Positions 45,292-56,165 of a stretch of DNA of 64,000 nucleotides are shown in pieces. Positions within the stretch are counted from its first letter, which is position 1; each line of letters starts with the position of its first letter. The notes beneath the pieces are model-generated. The model did not search any database, was not told where the DNA came from, and saw only the letters and a list, made by a program, of their open reading frames with translations. The DNA comes from Abditibacteriaceae bacterium. Lineage in GTDB: Bacteria > Armatimonadota > Abditibacteriia > Abditibacteriales > Abditibacteriaceae. Both the position numbers and the translations under genes were made by a program. The stretch spans positions 3,744,001 through 3,808,000 of the forward strand of contig OZ255721.1 of assembly GCA_965277285.1 (NCBI GenBank). The letters run 5' to 3'.

Positions 45292-46158
45292 ATGACGATG
45301 AAGTTTTTGAAAAAATGGAGTTGGGCAGCGCTCGGTTTATCGCTTTTGAGTACTCGAAGTGCGGCTTTGGCGCACGGCGATGAGATCGGTGAACTGGATC
45401 ACGATACGCCTAAGGCGTTGATGGCTCAGGTCGGCATCACGCAGAAGATGGATAATCAGGCGCCGCTAGACGCGACCTTTACCGACGAAAATGGAAAAGC
45501 TGTCAAATTCGGCCAGTATTTCGGTCAGAAACCCGTCATGCTGAACTTGATTTCGTACACTTGCACACAGGTTTGCACAGCGGAAGCCGAAGTGTTGCAA
45601 AGCACCTTGAAAGATTTGCCGTTTCGCGTTGGCAAAGAATTCAATATGGTGACGGTCAGCATTGATCCGCGCGAAACGACCGCAATGGCGCAGGCGCACA
45701 AAGAAGAAAGCCTGCAAAATTACGGTCATAAAGACAGTGCGAATGGCTGGCATTTTCTGACGGGTAACGAAAAGTCAATCAAGGCTTTGGCAGATAGCGT
45801 TGGTTTTCGTTATGTCTATGATCCGGCGAGCAAAGAGTATTTGCATCCCGACGGCTTGATTATTCTGACGCCCGATGGCCGTGTATCGCGCTACTTTTAC
45901 CGCTTGAATTATCCTGTGCGCGATGTGAAGTTTGGCTTGATGGAAGCGTCACAGAACAAGATCGGTTCGCCGCTGGAGTATTTTGCGCTGACCTGTTTTC
46001 ACTACAACCCGACAACGGGCACTTATGATGTCGCCATTACCGCGATTTTGCGCTTGGCAGGAATTGCGACGGTCTTAGGCATGGCTTTGGGAATCTGGAT
46101 GATGTTGCGCGCGGAAAAGAAACGTAACTTGCGCAGTCTGGAACCGCAGGGCATTTAG
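45292..46158 (+). CDS. SCO1/SenC family copper chaperone
   Basis: CTQVC (CxxxC), WHFLTG, conserved His, C-terminal TM. Confidence 0.9.
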   Translation: MTMKFLKKWSWAALGLSLLSTRSAALAHGDEIGELDHDTPKALMAQVGITQKMDNQAPLDATFTDENGKAVKFGQYFGQKPVMLNLISYTCTQVCTAEAEVLQSTLKDLPFRVGKEFNMVTVSIDPRETTAMAQAHKEESLQNYGHKDSANGWHFLTGNEKSIKALADSVGFRYVYDPASKEYLHPDGLIILTPDGRVSRYFYRLNYPVRDVKFGLMEASQNKIGSPLEYFALTCFHYNPTTGTYDVAITAILRLAGIATVLGMALGIWMMLRAEKKRNLRSLEPQGI

Positions 46159-46292
46159 GATCGAGTACTCGATAAGCGGCGAATTCAAGCATAAGCGTGG
46201 GAGACGTTGTAAACATATCGCCCTTGCTGACGCTTCGGGTTCGTGGAAATAGTTAGCTTTGTCGTGTTGTTTGAAAAGGAACGAGAGCATTT

Positions 46293-47774
46293 ATGAACTT
46301 TTTAATGCCGTTCATGCCCCCGCAGGCATCCACTGTTGCCGGGCAAGTGGACGATTTGATGGCAGGTATTACCCTGATCGGGTTTGCGTTCGCGCTGGGC
46401 GTGGCGCTCGTCGTCATCGGTTTTACGGTGCGCTATCGTCGTGGCACGCGCGTCAACCGCGTTTTGCCGGGGCATGAAGGCATTGCGCTCGAACTGACGT
46501 GGACGATCATTCCGCTCATCATTTGTATGGGAATGTTTGTCTGGTCTACCAGTGTTTATTTCACGTTGATTCGCGCGCCCAAAGATTCGATGGAAGTGTA
46601 TGTCGTGGGCAAGCAGTGGATGTGGAAATTGCAGCAGCCGAACGGTCGCTGGGAAATGAACGAATTGCACGTTCCTGTCGGGCGTCCCGTCAAGCTGACG
46701 ATGATTTCGGAAGATGTGATTCATGACTTTTTCGTCCCGGCCTTCCGCGTCAAGATGGACGTGGTGCCCGGACGTTATACGACATTGTGGTTTCAGGCGA
46801 CTCAAACCGGCAAGTTTCATATTTTTTGTTCGCAATACTGTGGCACCAACCACGCGATTATGGGCGGTTACGTTCATGTGATGGAACCAGCGGATTATCA
46901 GCGCTGGCTGCAGCAAGGCACACCAAACACTTCGTTCGCTTCGGCGGGAGAACGCTTGTTCCGCGATCTGGGTTGCACTGGCTGTCACGGCCCGAACGCC
47001 AGCGTGCGTGCGCCGAACCTGGAAGGTATTTACAACCAGAACGTCGCGGTGCAGATTCCGGGCGGCGGCACAACGGTCGAGAAAGCGGATTATCGTTATT
47101 TGCACGATTCGATTATTCTGCCGGAAAAAGAGATTGCTGCCGGTTATCAACCGATTATGCCGAGTTTCAAAGGTCGCGTGACCGAAGAACAAGTTTTGCA
47201 GTTGATCGATTACATCAAGAGTTTGGGCACCAGCAACGGCACCAGCAACAACGCCGCGAAATCGTATGGCGTAAATAGCGAAACGGGAAGCGGCGCCAAT
47301 GTCGGCGCGGCAAGTCAGCAGGGCGACGTGGAATCGGCCACTGAAGATCGCAGCGGCAGCGGACGCAAAGGCAATCCGACGGGCGACATGGCCAACATCT
47401 TGAACCGCGAAACGGTTTATGGTGGCGGCGGCGATCAGGCCACAGTCGAAGCGAGCGGCAGCGGTCGCAAAGGCAACCCGACGGGCGATATGGCCGACAT
47501 CCGCGACCGCGAAGCGATTTATCGCAGTGGCACAACGCCAAGCAGCGGCGGCAGCGATCTGGCTGATAATAGCGCGGGCGGACTGCGCGCTGACGCTTAC
47601 AATCGTCCTGGCCTGAACCCTTACACCTCGAAAAGCTACGCGCAGAGTTCGGGACACGCTTATTCGGGTCTGACGCCTGGGAATGGTGTGACGCCGCCGA
47701 TCCAAGGTCAAGTCAACAGCGACAATATCACGCGTGGCTCAATTGAGCGCTCGAATAGCAACAATAGTCAATGA
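46293..47774 (+). CDS. coxB: Cytochrome c oxidase subunit II with fused cytochrome c (caa3 type)
   Basis: LELTWT, QWMW, DVIH, CSQYCGTNHAIM CuA site, CTGCH. Confidence 0.95.
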   Translation: MNFLMPFMPPQASTVAGQVDDLMAGITLIGFAFALGVALVVIGFTVRYRRGTRVNRVLPGHEGIALELTWTIIPLIICMGMFVWSTSVYFTLIRAPKDSMEVYVVGKQWMWKLQQPNGRWEMNELHVPVGRPVKLTMISEDVIHDFFVPAFRVKMDVVPGRYTTLWFQATQTGKFHIFCSQYCGTNHAIMGGYVHVMEPADYQRWLQQGTPNTSFASAGERLFRDLGCTGCHGPNASVRAPNLEGIYNQNVAVQIPGGGTTVEKADYRYLHDSIILPEKEIAAGYQPIMPSFKGRVTEEQVLQLIDYIKSLGTSNGTSNNAAKSYGVNSETGSGANVGAASQQGDVESATEDRSGSGRKGNPTGDMANILNRETVYGGGGDQATVEASGSGRKGNPTGDMADIRDREAIYRSGTTPSSGGSDLADNSAGGLRADAYNRPGLNPYTSKSYAQSSGHAYSGLTPGNGVTPPIQGQVNSDNITRGSIERSNSNNSQ

Positions 47775-47865
47775 CCCAGCAGTTAATGAACAACGCGAAA
47801 GAACACAGTTGTGCCGCGGTTTCGAGTACTCGATAGCAGGTTGAAACCACGGAAAGGAACGTTCG

Positions 47866-49659
47866 ATGAAAAGTGCATCATTCAATAACCCGGGGATTCT
47901 GGCCGAGCCAGGCGTGCGTCCTGAAGTGCCGATTGAACTTCAGGGCAACACGGCGGCTTACCCACGCGAAAATTACCTCACCAACGGCTATAGCTGGCAG
48001 TCGTGGCTGTTCACTGTCGATCATAAGCGTATCGCCATCATGTACTTGATTTCGATCACCTTCATGTTTATGATTGGCGGCGCGGCGGCGGGTTTGGTGC
48101 GCTATAACCTGCTGGCGCCACAAGGTTTGCTGGGCGCCGAAGATTACAATCGCGCCTTTACGACGCATGGCGCGGTCATGGTTTTCTTCTTCCTGGTGCC
48201 ATCCATTCCGGCTGTGCTGGGCAACTTTCTCGTGCCAATGATGATCGGCGCGAAAGACCTCGCCTTTCCCAAAATCAACCTGCTGTCGTGGTATCTGTAC
48301 ATGATCGGAGGTACCATAACGCTGTGGGCTTTGTTTTATGGCGGCGTCGATACGGGCTGGACATTTTACGCGCCTTATAGCAGCGTTTATGCGAACGGCA
48401 ACGTGGTGTGGGCGGTTGTTGGGATCTTCCTGGCCGGGTTTAGTTCGATTTTGACAGGCTTGAACTTCATCGTTACGATTCACAAAATGCGCGCGCCCGG
48501 CCTGACATGGTTCCGCCTGCCAGTTTTTATCTGGTCGCATTATGCGGCGAGCTTGATCATGGTATTGGGAACTCCGGTCGTTGCAATCGCGTTGTTGCTG
48601 CTTTTGGTTGAGCGCGTGACAGCAATGATGGGCGCGCCTGTGGGCATCTTTAACCCGAAACTGGGCGGCGATCCCGTACTCTTCCAGCACTTGTTCTGGT
48701 TTTATTCGCATCCCGCGGTTTACATCATGATTCTGCCGTCCATGGCAGTTATTAGCGAAATCATTCCGTGTTTTTCGCGCAAGCCGATCTTTGGCTACAA
48801 GTTCATCGCGTTTTCTAGCCTGGCGATTGCCATTTTGAGCTTCCTTGTCTGGGGACATCATATGTTCTTGTCCTCGCAATCGCCGTATGCGGGCATGGTA
48901 TTTTCGCTGCTGTCGTTTTTGGTGGCGGTGCCTTCGGCAATCAAGGTCTTCAACTGGACGGCGACACTTTATAAAGGCTCGATTCGTTTGCAAACTCCGA
49001 TGATTTACGCGTTGGGTTTCATCGGCTTGTTTACTATTGGCGGCTTGACGGGAATGCACCTGGCGGCAATGGGGACGGACGTTCACCTGCATGACACGTA
49101 TTTCATTATTGCGCACTTCCACTTCATCATGGTCGGCGGCGCGATGATGGGATTTTTGGGTGGCTTGCACTTCTGGTGGCCGAAAATGACGGGGCGTTTA
49201 TATCCGGAAAACTGGGGACGCGCGGCAGCGATCATCCTGTTCATCGGCTTCTTCGTGACGTTCGTGCCGCAGTTCGTGATTGGAACAGCGGGCATGAACC
49301 GCCGCTATCATGCGTATGCGCCAGAGTTTCAATATGGCAATATCATGTCGAGCGCCGGTTCGACAATTATGCTGGTTGGCTACCTGTTGCCGTTCTTTTA
49401 TCTGCTGTGGAGCTTGAAGCGTGGCGAAATCGCTGGCCCAAATCCGTGGGGCGCGACTGGTTTGGAATGGCAGACACCCAGTCCGCCGCCGACTTTGAAT
49501 TTTGATCATACGCCGGTCGTGACTTCGGGTCCCTATGCGTATTCGGCGGTTGAATCGGAACGTATCGGCGAAAAGGCGGATCGTTTGGCGCAGGAAATCC
49601 GTTTGCGAGTACTCGCGGAAGAAGCCGAGCGTCCTGTGGAGGCGAATGAACTTGACTGA
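47866..49659 (+). CDS. ctaD: Cytochrome c oxidase subunit I (A2 type)
   Basis: [21 protein letters not shown] (YS signature), WGHHMF, HDTY..AHFH. Confidence 0.97.
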   Translation: MKSASFNNPGILAEPGVRPEVPIELQGNTAAYPRENYLTNGYSWQSWLFTVDHKRIAIMYLISITFMFMIGGAAAGLVRYNLLAPQGLLGAEDYNRAFTTHGAVMVFFFLVPSIPAVLGNFLVPMMIGAKDLAFPKINLLSWYLYMIGGTITLWALFYGGVDTGWTFYAPYSSVYANGNVVWAVVGIFLAGFSSILTGLNFIVTIHKMRAPGLTWFRLPVFIWSHYAASLIMVLGTPVVAIALLLLLVERVTAMMGAPVGIFNPKLGGDPVLFQHLFWFYSHPAVYIMILPSMAVISEIIPCFSRKPIFGYKFIAFSSLAIAILSFLVWGHHMFLSSQSPYAGMVFSLLSFLVAVPSAIKVFNWTATLYKGSIRLQTPMIYALGFIGLFTIGGLTGMHLAAMGTDVHLHDTYFIIAHFHFIMVGGAMMGFLGGLHFWWPKMTGRLYPENWGRAAAIILFIGFFVTFVPQFVIGTAGMNRRYHAYAPEFQYGNIMSSAGSTIMLVGYLLPFFYLLWSLKRGEIAGPNPWGATGLEWQTPSPPPTLNFDHTPVVTSGPYAYSAVESERIGEKADRLAQEIRLRVLAEEAERPVEANELD

Positions 49660-50467
49660 AAACGCAATGGTCGCGCCGCCAATTGAACGAGCGCATCCCG
49701 TTGAAACATCGCATAACGCCCACGACGATCATGGCGGTCATAGTCTGCTGCACCATCATTTCGATGATATGGCGCAGCAGCGTGAGGCGACCAGTTTGGG
49801 AATGTGGACGTTTCTGGTTACCGAAGTGATGATGTTCGGCGCACTGGTTTTTGCCTACACGCTTTATCGCCACTTTTACTATCCGGCGTTTGTGGCGGGT
49901 AGCCATCACCTGAATATCGCGGCGGGCACGATCAACACTTTTGTGCTGCTGGGCTCCAGTTTCACCATGGTATTGGCAGTGCGTTGCGCGCAGCTCAAGA
50001 TGAAGAAAGGCTTGGTGGGTTGGCTGATTGTCACCATGCTATTCGGTGTTGCCTTTTTGGGAATTAAAGCTTACGAGTGGCACGCCGATTATGAAGAAGG
50101 TTTAGTGCCTGCACTCCATTGGAACCCGGGCAGTGGCGAAAGCGAGACTTCAAAGTCGCAGCAATTTACGTCAGGAACGACGGCGGGTTCATCGGTTTAC
50201 GACGGGAATTACGGCAAGCTCATCAACAAAGACAATATGCAGTTGTATTTTGTCTTGTATTTCTGCATGACTGGCTTGCACGCGATTCACATGATTATCG
50301 GTCTGGGCATCGTCGGGACGATGACGTGGATGGCGCACAAAGGGCGATTTACCAACGGTAACGATCAGCCAATTGAATTGGTCGGCTTGTATTGGCACTT
50401 CGTCGACATCGTGTGGATTTTCCTGTTTCCTCTCTTGTATTTAATCGGAGGCCATCGTGTCGGCTAA
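49646..50467 (+). CDS. Cytochrome c oxidase subunit III
   Basis: [26 protein letters not shown]. Confidence 0.94.
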   Translation: MNLTENAMVAPPIERAHPVETSHNAHDDHGGHSLLHHHFDDMAQQREATSLGMWTFLVTEVMMFGALVFAYTLYRHFYYPAFVAGSHHLNIAAGTINTFVLLGSSFTMVLAVRCAQLKMKKGLVGWLIVTMLFGVAFLGIKAYEWHADYEEGLVPALHWNPGSGESETSKSQQFTSGTTAGSSVYDGNYGKLINKDNMQLYFVLYFCMTGLHAIHMIIGLGIVGTMTWMAHKGRFTNGNDQPIELVGLYWHFVDIVWIFLFPLLYLIGGHRVG

Positions 50468-50966
50468 AGAACAAACTCCTTCCCTCAAAGAAACTCAGGA
50501 CGCCAAATCGCAGCAGACGGATCGTGCGCAATTAGCCGAACCTGCAGGCGGCGCGGTGGCGGTGCGCGAAGGCTTGGCGCCGCGCCATGAACCCGCCTCC
50601 GGCGAAGAACGTGATGCCTTGCACGACAACAGCGGACACACCGATCACGGCGACGAAACGCATCACATCGTTTCGCTGGCAACCTATTTTGCGGTTTTCG
50701 GCGGCCTGATGGTGCTGCTGGTGATGACGCTGGTCGTCTACTTCTTCATGGACTTGTCGCACATTTGGGGGCCAGCCAACATCATCGTAGCGATGATTAT
50801 CGCGGTCGCCAAGGCGTTGTTGGTTATCCTGTTTTTCATGCACGTCAAATACAGTTCTAAGCTGACGTGGATTTTTTCGGGCACCGCGTTCGTCTTCGTC
50901 TTCATCATGTTCCTGCTGACGATGAACGATTACTTCACACGCGGTCTGATCGACGCCGGACATTGA
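50457..50966 (+). CDS. Cytochrome c oxidase subunit IV family protein
   Basis: Three TM helices with KA.LV..FFMHVK. Confidence 0.88.
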   Translation: MSAKEQTPSLKETQDAKSQQTDRAQLAEPAGGAVAVREGLAPRHEPASGEERDALHDNSGHTDHGDETHHIVSLATYFAVFGGLMVLLVMTLVVYFFMDLSHIWGPANIIVAMIIAVAKALLVILFFMHVKYSSKLTWIFSGTAFVFVFIMFLLTMNDYFTRGLIDAGH

Positions 50967-50980
50967 AACCTGCAATAAAA

Positions 50981-51025
50981 ACCACAGAAGTCGAGTACTC
51001 GAATTGAGTACTCGACTTCTGTGGT
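50981..51025. terminator. Hairpin built from two inverted motif copies, ending the oxidase operon
   Basis: ACCACAGAAGTCGAGTACTC-GAATT-GAGTACTCGACTTCTGTGGT, 20-bp arms. Confidence 0.75.
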
Positions 51026-51049
51026 CTTATCTATTTACAAACAGGACAA

Positions 51050-51445
51050 TTAAGGAATGGACTCAACTAATCTAATCAAGCTCCAACGGAAATTCCAAGT
51101 CATTACCACGGTTCTGTCCTCAAAGAAAACAACAACTTGCGCTCGAATATCTTGGTAGCGCTGAAAGAAACTCTCCACCAAATCTGCAACGACATACGCG
51201 GATTCATAGTGAATAAATTCATCATTTGGAGCAGGATAAGAGTACTTCATGCAAACTGTTTCGTGAGAACCCATCTGTTCCTCAAAAAAGTCGAGGTTCT
51301 GTTGGACAGCCCGATAGAAGGCAGGAAAGTTACTGTAAGCAATGGCAAGGTTATACATCGGCTTTTCGAAAATTGGTTGAGGCACTGGCGTAAATAACAG
51401 GATGAAAATATTGTCCTGTAAGTCCACTAACTTGGCTGTCATCAT
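51050..51445 (-). CDS. Hypothetical low-GC protein
   Basis: ORF only; overlaps the 3' end of the cupin ORF; start uncertain. Confidence 0.45.
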   Translation of the reverse strand: MMTAKLVDLQDNIFILLFTPVPQPIFEKPMYNLAIAYSNFPAFYRAVQQNLDFFEEQMGSHETVCMKYSYPAPNDEFIHYESAYVVADLVESFFQRYQDIRAQVVVFFEDRTVVMTWNFRWSLIRLVESIP

Positions 51446-51755
51446 TATAAAATACCGCCAACCAAACTGTCGGCTCTTCTGCACTTGTCCATTCGACGCG
51501 ATGGCGAACGTGCGCCGGAATGTTCAAATAATCGCCGCGTTCGAGTACTCGAACTTCAGTTTCGTCTTCAAAACGCAAGGCAGCACGGCCTTGTAAAAGC
51601 AAAATCCATTCGCCTTCATCCTGGTCGTACCATTCGTTGTGCGGCGTGGCTTGTTCATTGGAAACGATGCGCTCAATGCGAATGTTCGGCGACTGCAAAA
51701 GCGTCTCGAAAAGTTCTTCGGTTGCGTTTTGCGGAATGTCCTTGAAGATATTCAT
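51351..51755 (-). CDS. Cupin domain protein
   Basis: RIERIVS, WYDQ...EW..LLQG, IPAH.RHRVEWT, WLAVFY. Confidence 0.88.
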   Translation of the reverse strand: MNIFKDIPQNATEELFETLLQSPNIRIERIVSNEQATPHNEWYDQDEGEWILLLQGRAALRFEDETEVRVLERGDYLNIPAHVRHRVEWTSAEEPTVWLAVFYNDDSQVSGLTGQYFHPVIYASASTNFRKADV

Positions 51756-51855
51756 GAATGCGTTTTGCCTCGCGGGTGCAGAAGTTATAAAATGAAATGT
51801 CGGCGTTTGCAATTATTCAATTATTTTCCGGCGAAAGCAGCGATGAGCAATAAGT

Positions 51856-51884
51856 GTACGGGCGATTCGGCGAATCGCCCGTAC
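51856..51884. repeat. REP-like palindrome
   Basis: GTACGGGCGATTCG-G-CGAATCGCCCGTAC. Confidence 0.75.
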
Positions 51885-51941
51885 GTTGCGCCACATCCTC
51901 TTATACACTTCTTTTTCTCATATTCCGTGAGCTAACTTTTT

Positions 51942-54900
51942 ATGTTTCAACCTTTTGAAGGCACACCAAATTATCCAGAACTGGAGCGTTCCGTTCTTCA
52001 ATTGTGGGACGAGCAGGGCACTTTTGACAAGCTGCGCGCACAAACCGCGAACGGCGAGCCGTGGCGTTTTCAGGACGGGCCGATTACCGCTAACAATCCG
52101 ATGGGCGTTCATCACGCTTGGGGACGCACGTACAAAGACATTTTTCAGCGATTTTACGCGATGAACGGTCGCAAGTTGCGCTGGCAAAATGGTTTCGATT
52201 GTCAGGGTTTGTGGGTCGAAGTCGAAGTCGAAAAGGCGCTCGGTTTCAAGGGCAAGCCCGACATTTTAGCGTTTGGAATGGAGAACTTTTCGCGCGCCTG
52301 CCGCGAACGCGTCGAGAAGTTCGCTGATGTCATTATCGGGCAATCGAAGCGTTTGGGTTTGTGGATGGATTGGGAACGCAGCTATTACACGTTCGACGAT
52401 TCCAACATCGAGCACATCTGGTTGTTCCTGAAAAAGTGCCACGAAGAAGGCTGGCTGGCGCAAGATTATCGCGTCATGCCGTGGTGTCCGCGCTGCGAGA
52501 CTTCTTTGAGCCAGCACGAAAGCGCCGACTCTTACAAAGACATCACGCACAAAAGTGTTTTTGTCAAGTTTCCGATAAAAATTAACGCTAATGTTCCAGG
52601 AAGGTGGAAAAACCTATTGCAGGGGGCTTTCTTTGCCGTTTGGACAACCACTCCTTGGACTTTAACTGCCAATACTGCTATCGCGATTAACCCGGAACTT
52701 GATTATGTATTAACTGAAGACGTAGATGGAGTGCGTCTTGTGCGTTCTGCTGGCTGTGGTTGGGTTGAAAAGGGCACTCCCTCGTATATTACGCCAACGG
52801 GCGGATTTGATAACGACAACTGGTCAGCGGATGAACCATTCGCGTTCCATACTGTGCTCACAAATTCTTTCAAAGGTCAGGTTCTTCTTGATCTTGAATT
52901 GGGTTACGAAGGTCCGTTTGACGATTTGTCCGTCCAAAACAACATTCAGCGTCGTCTTGTGGCGTGGGACGAAGTAAGTGCCAATGAAGGAACTGGCATT
53001 GTTCACATCGCGCCGGGTTGCGGCGCTGAAGACTTTGAATTGGGCAAGCGCGACCAATTGGGCTTCATCGTTCCGGTTAATCACGCGGCGCGTTTCGTTC
53101 ATGGAACCGGCGTGCTGGAAGGTTTGCACGCGCTGGATGATGTGGACACCGTAATTGAGGAACTAACAAAACGCGGACGTTTTTATAAGCAACTGAGGTA
53201 TAAACACTCGTATCCGCATTGCTGGCGCTGCTCGCACGAGCTGATTTTTAACGCCGTGCAGGAATGGTTCATCAAAGCCGATGCGGGCGAACGTCCGGCG
53301 CGCGAACGTTTGCGCACAGCCGCCAAGACCGTCGAATGGATTCCCGATTATGCGGGAAAGAATATGGATGCGTGGCTGCAAAACATGGGCGATTGGTGCA
53401 TTTCGCGCAAGCGTTTCTGGGGTTTGCCGCTGCCGTTCTACCTCGACCGCGAAACTGGCGAAGTCGAAGTGATCGGCTCGCGCGCCGAATTGCGAGAACG
53501 CGCCGTTGATCCCGCGATGGTGGACGCTTTGCCGGAATTGCATCGCCCGTGGATTGACAGCATTGAAATTCGCTCGCGCGACGGACTTCGAGTACTCGAA
53601 CGCGTTCCCGAAGTCGGCGACGCTTGGCTGGACGCCGGAATCGTGCCGTTTTCAACTGTTGGCTACAACGGCGCAGCTGACTTACGAATGCTGAATGACG
53701 ATACGTCGCAGGAAAAGACACGCGATTTCGAGCGTGTATTGCAGCAAGTCAATGCGCGCGCTTACGTTGAGTCATCACAAGAATACGACGAAGATTTCGA
53801 TGCTGAAATTGATTCAATGCTCGGCTTGCTCCGTCCAGCGAATGCACCAAAAGCGAATGCACCAAATTGGCAACCTGCCGATTTTATCACGGAAATGCGC
53901 GAGCAGGTTCGTTTGTGGTTCTTTTCGATGCTGTTTATGAGCGTCGCGCTGGAAGACCGCGCGCCTTACAAAACCGCGATGGTTTATGAAACCATGCTCG
54001 ACCAGGACGGCGAGCGGATTTCCAAGACCAAGAAAAACGGCGTGCCGTATGATGAAGCCGTGGAAACGGTCGGCGCCGATCCGATGCGCTGGACGTTTTG
54101 CTCGAATCCGCTGAACAAAGACATTCGTTTTGGCTACGCGCCGATTCACGAAAGCGCGCGCAAGTTGTTAACATTGTGGAACGTTTACGGCTTTTTCGTG
54201 AATTATGCGAATCTGGATAAGCCAGAACTTGCATCCGTACGGGCGAGGCATGCCTCGCCCGTACAACACGCGAACATTCTCGACCGCTGGATTTTGGCGC
54301 GTTTGCAAACCTTGATTGCCGATGTAACGAGCGCGATTGAAGGCGTGCGGCCTTCGGATGTAACGCGCAGCGTGGAAGAGTTTGTCGATGAATTGTCGAA
54401 CTGGTACGTGCGTCGCAGCCGTCGCCGTTTCTGGAAGAAAAACGAAGCCGAAGGCGGCGATGACGACAAACTTTCCGCTTATCAAACTTTGCATCGAGTA
54501 CTCGTTACCTTGACGCAACTCATCGCGCCGGTCATTCCCTTTACGGCGGAAACGATGTATCAAAACTTGAAAAGTCCGCTGAACGATGCGCCGGAAAGCG
54601 TCCATTTGTGTTCGTGGCCGCAAGTCGATGAATCATTGAAAAATGACGAACTGATCCGCGAAGTCGAAGGCGTTTTGCAATGCGTCAGTTTGGGACACGC
54701 GGCGCGCAAAGAAAGCGGCGTCAAAGTGCGTCAGCCGTTATCGCGCGTGCTGATTCAAGCGCCATCAAACGAGGCGCGAACGTGGATTACGAACTGGCGC
54801 GAGACAATTTTGGACGAATTGAACGTTAAGGAAATCGAACTTTTGGACGACGCGGGTGCGCTTGTCGAGTACTCGTTAAAGGCGAATTTGCCGAAACTGG

Positions 54901-55433
54901 GTAAAAAGCTGGGCAAGCAAATGGGCGCGGCGCGACAAGCGTTTGAAGGCGCAAGTCTTGAAGACGCGCGACGCATCGGTGAAGCGGCGAAAAATGGCGA
55001 ATCTTTCACATTGCGCATTGGCGACGAAGAGATGACGTTTGCGCCAGACGAAGTTCTGGTGCAAACGCATCAAAAAGGCGGCTACAGTTTCGCGCAAGAT
55101 AACGGCTGGGCAGTTGCGCTTGATACAACGTTGAATGAAGACTTGATTGAAGAAGGCTTGGCGCGCGACTTTGTGCGAGCGATTCAGCAGGCGCGCAAAG
55201 ATTCCGGTCTGGAAATCAGCGACCGCATTGCGATTTTGCTGGTCGAACCGAGCAACGAAAGCGCCATGCCGCGCGTTTTTGAAAATTGGGGCGATTATAT
55301 CCAAAGCGAAACGCTGGCCGATGAACTGCGTTTAGTTGCAGCAGATTATCCCGAACTTGGCGAGGCGAAAGTTGGCGAAGAAACGGTGCGTTTTCGCGTC
55401 GAGAAAATGCCAACCGGAGAGTTGACGTTTTGA
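51942..55433 (+). CDS. ileS: Isoleucine--tRNA ligase (type 2-like)
   Basis: DGPITAN..GVHHAW, WTTTPWTL, GTGIVHIAP, DWCISRKRFWG, NWYVRRSRRRFW; upstream of lspA. Confidence 0.95.
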   Translation: MFQPFEGTPNYPELERSVLQLWDEQGTFDKLRAQTANGEPWRFQDGPITANNPMGVHHAWGRTYKDIFQRFYAMNGRKLRWQNGFDCQGLWVEVEVEKALGFKGKPDILAFGMENFSRACRERVEKFADVIIGQSKRLGLWMDWERSYYTFDDSNIEHIWLFLKKCHEEGWLAQDYRVMPWCPRCETSLSQHESADSYKDITHKSVFVKFPIKINANVPGRWKNLLQGAFFAVWTTTPWTLTANTAIAINPELDYVLTEDVDGVRLVRSAGCGWVEKGTPSYITPTGGFDNDNWSADEPFAFHTVLTNSFKGQVLLDLELGYEGPFDDLSVQNNIQRRLVAWDEVSANEGTGIVHIAPGCGAEDFELGKRDQLGFIVPVNHAARFVHGTGVLEGLHALDDVDTVIEELTKRGRFYKQLRYKHSYPHCWRCSHELIFNAVQEWFIKADAGERPARERLRTAAKTVEWIPDYAGKNMDAWLQNMGDWCISRKRFWGLPLPFYLDRETGEVEVIGSRAELRERAVDPAMVDALPELHRPWIDSIEIRSRDGLRVLERVPEVGDAWLDAGIVPFSTVGYNGAADLRMLNDDTSQEKTRDFERVLQQVNARAYVESSQEYDEDFDAEIDSMLGLLRPANAPKANAPNWQPADFITEMREQVRLWFFSMLFMSVALEDRAPYKTAMVYETMLDQDGERISKTKKNGVPYDEAVETVGADPMRWTFCSNPLNKDIRFGYAPIHESARKLLTLWNVYGFFVNYANLDKPELASVRARHASPVQHANILDRWILARLQTLIADVTSAIEGVRPSDVTRSVEEFVDELSNWYVRRSRRRFWKKNEAEGGDDDKLSAYQTLHRVLVTLTQLIAPVIPFTAETMYQNLKSPLNDAPESVHLCSWPQVDESLKNDELIREVEGVLQCVSLGHAARKESGVKVRQPLSRVLIQAPSNEARTWITNWRETILDELNVKEIELLDDAGALVEYSLKANLPKLGKKLGKQMGAARQAFEGASLEDARRIGEAAKNGESFTLRIGDEEMTFAPDEVLVQTHQKGGYSFAQDNGWAVALDTTLNEDLIEEGLARDFVRAIQQARKDSGLEISDRIAILLVEPSNESAMPRVFENWGDYIQSETLADELRLVAADYPELGEAKVGEETVRFRVEKMPTGELTF
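54237..54264. repeat. Perfect 28-bp REP-like palindrome inside ileS
   Basis: GTACGGGCGAGGCA/TGCCTCGCCCGTAC, read in frame as VRARHASPV. Confidence 0.8.
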
Positions 55434-55434
55434 T

Positions 55435-55501
55435 GTAGGGGCTTGGCGTGCCAAGCCCTATGGTGCGCAATGTAATTGGGCTTGGCGCGCCAAGCCCCTA
55501 C
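55435..55501. repeat. GTAG-type REP doublet
   Basis: GTAGGGGCTTGGCGTGCCAAGCCC...GGGCTTGGCGCGCCAAGCCCCTAC. Confidence 0.85.
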
Positions 55502-55505
55502 TAAA

Positions 55506-56054
55506 ATGAACACATCGAGTACTCGAATCGCGCAACGTCGCTTGCTGGGAATGACTTTTCTGGCGATTGTTGTTGTGTCGCTCGATCAAATGGCGAAAGC
55601 GTGGGTGCGCGCCAATATCGCGCTTGGTGGCGAGTTTCCGGTTTGGTCGGGCGTTGTGCATCTGACGTATATTCTCAATCGCGGCGCGGCGTGGAGTATG
55701 TTGTCCGGCCAGCGCTGGTTGCTCGTGTTTATCACGGTGGCTGTGGTTGGTGCCATCATCGCGGCCTCGCGGCATTTAGTTGAACGCGGCGCACTCGGCG
55801 CGTGGAGCGTCGGGCTGATTTTGGGCGGCGCAGTTGGTAATCTGGTTGATCGCATTGGGCACGGCGCCGTCACCGACATGATCGATATGGACACGAGTTG
55901 GCATTGGATTCACGATTTTCCGGTGTTTAACCTCGCCGATTCCGCGCTGACATTGGGCGTTTTCTTGTTGATTCTGCAATCGTTGCGCGGCGAGACAACC
56001 ATTGCAAAAACGAGTGCCGCATCAGTTGAAGTTTCGGCGAATAGGACGATATGA
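55506..56054 (+). CDS. lspA: Lipoprotein signal peptidase II
   Basis: LDQ..K, NRGAAWS, GGAVGNLVDR, VTD, FPVFNLADS. Confidence 0.95.
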   Translation: MNTSSTRIAQRRLLGMTFLAIVVVSLDQMAKAWVRANIALGGEFPVWSGVVHLTYILNRGAAWSMLSGQRWLLVFITVAVVGAIIAASRHLVERGALGAWSVGLILGGAVGNLVDRIGHGAVTDMIDMDTSWHWIHDFPVFNLADSALTLGVFLLILQSLRGETTIAKTSAASVEVSANRTI

Positions 56055-56059
56055 CGCGG

Positions 56060-56123
56060 CGGGCAACCACAAGGGTTGCTCCTACGATTGCGCCGATGTA
56101 GGGGCAACCCTTGTGGTTGCCCG
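56060..56123. repeat. GTAG-type REP doublet matching the transposase-flanking copy
   Basis: GGGCAACCACAAGGGTTGCTCCTAC-GATTGCGCCGAT-GTAGGGGCAACCCTTGTGGTTGCCC. Confidence 0.9.
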
Positions 56124-56165
56124 TTGTTGGATTGTCTTCCTCTGCCATATTGTCTCAAGGTTTTT

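Noticed and set aside
51760..51941. T-box riboswitch upstream of ileS
   Set aside because: No T-box consensus (GGTGGNACCGCG) or terminator seen; the hairpin present is a REP-like palindrome.
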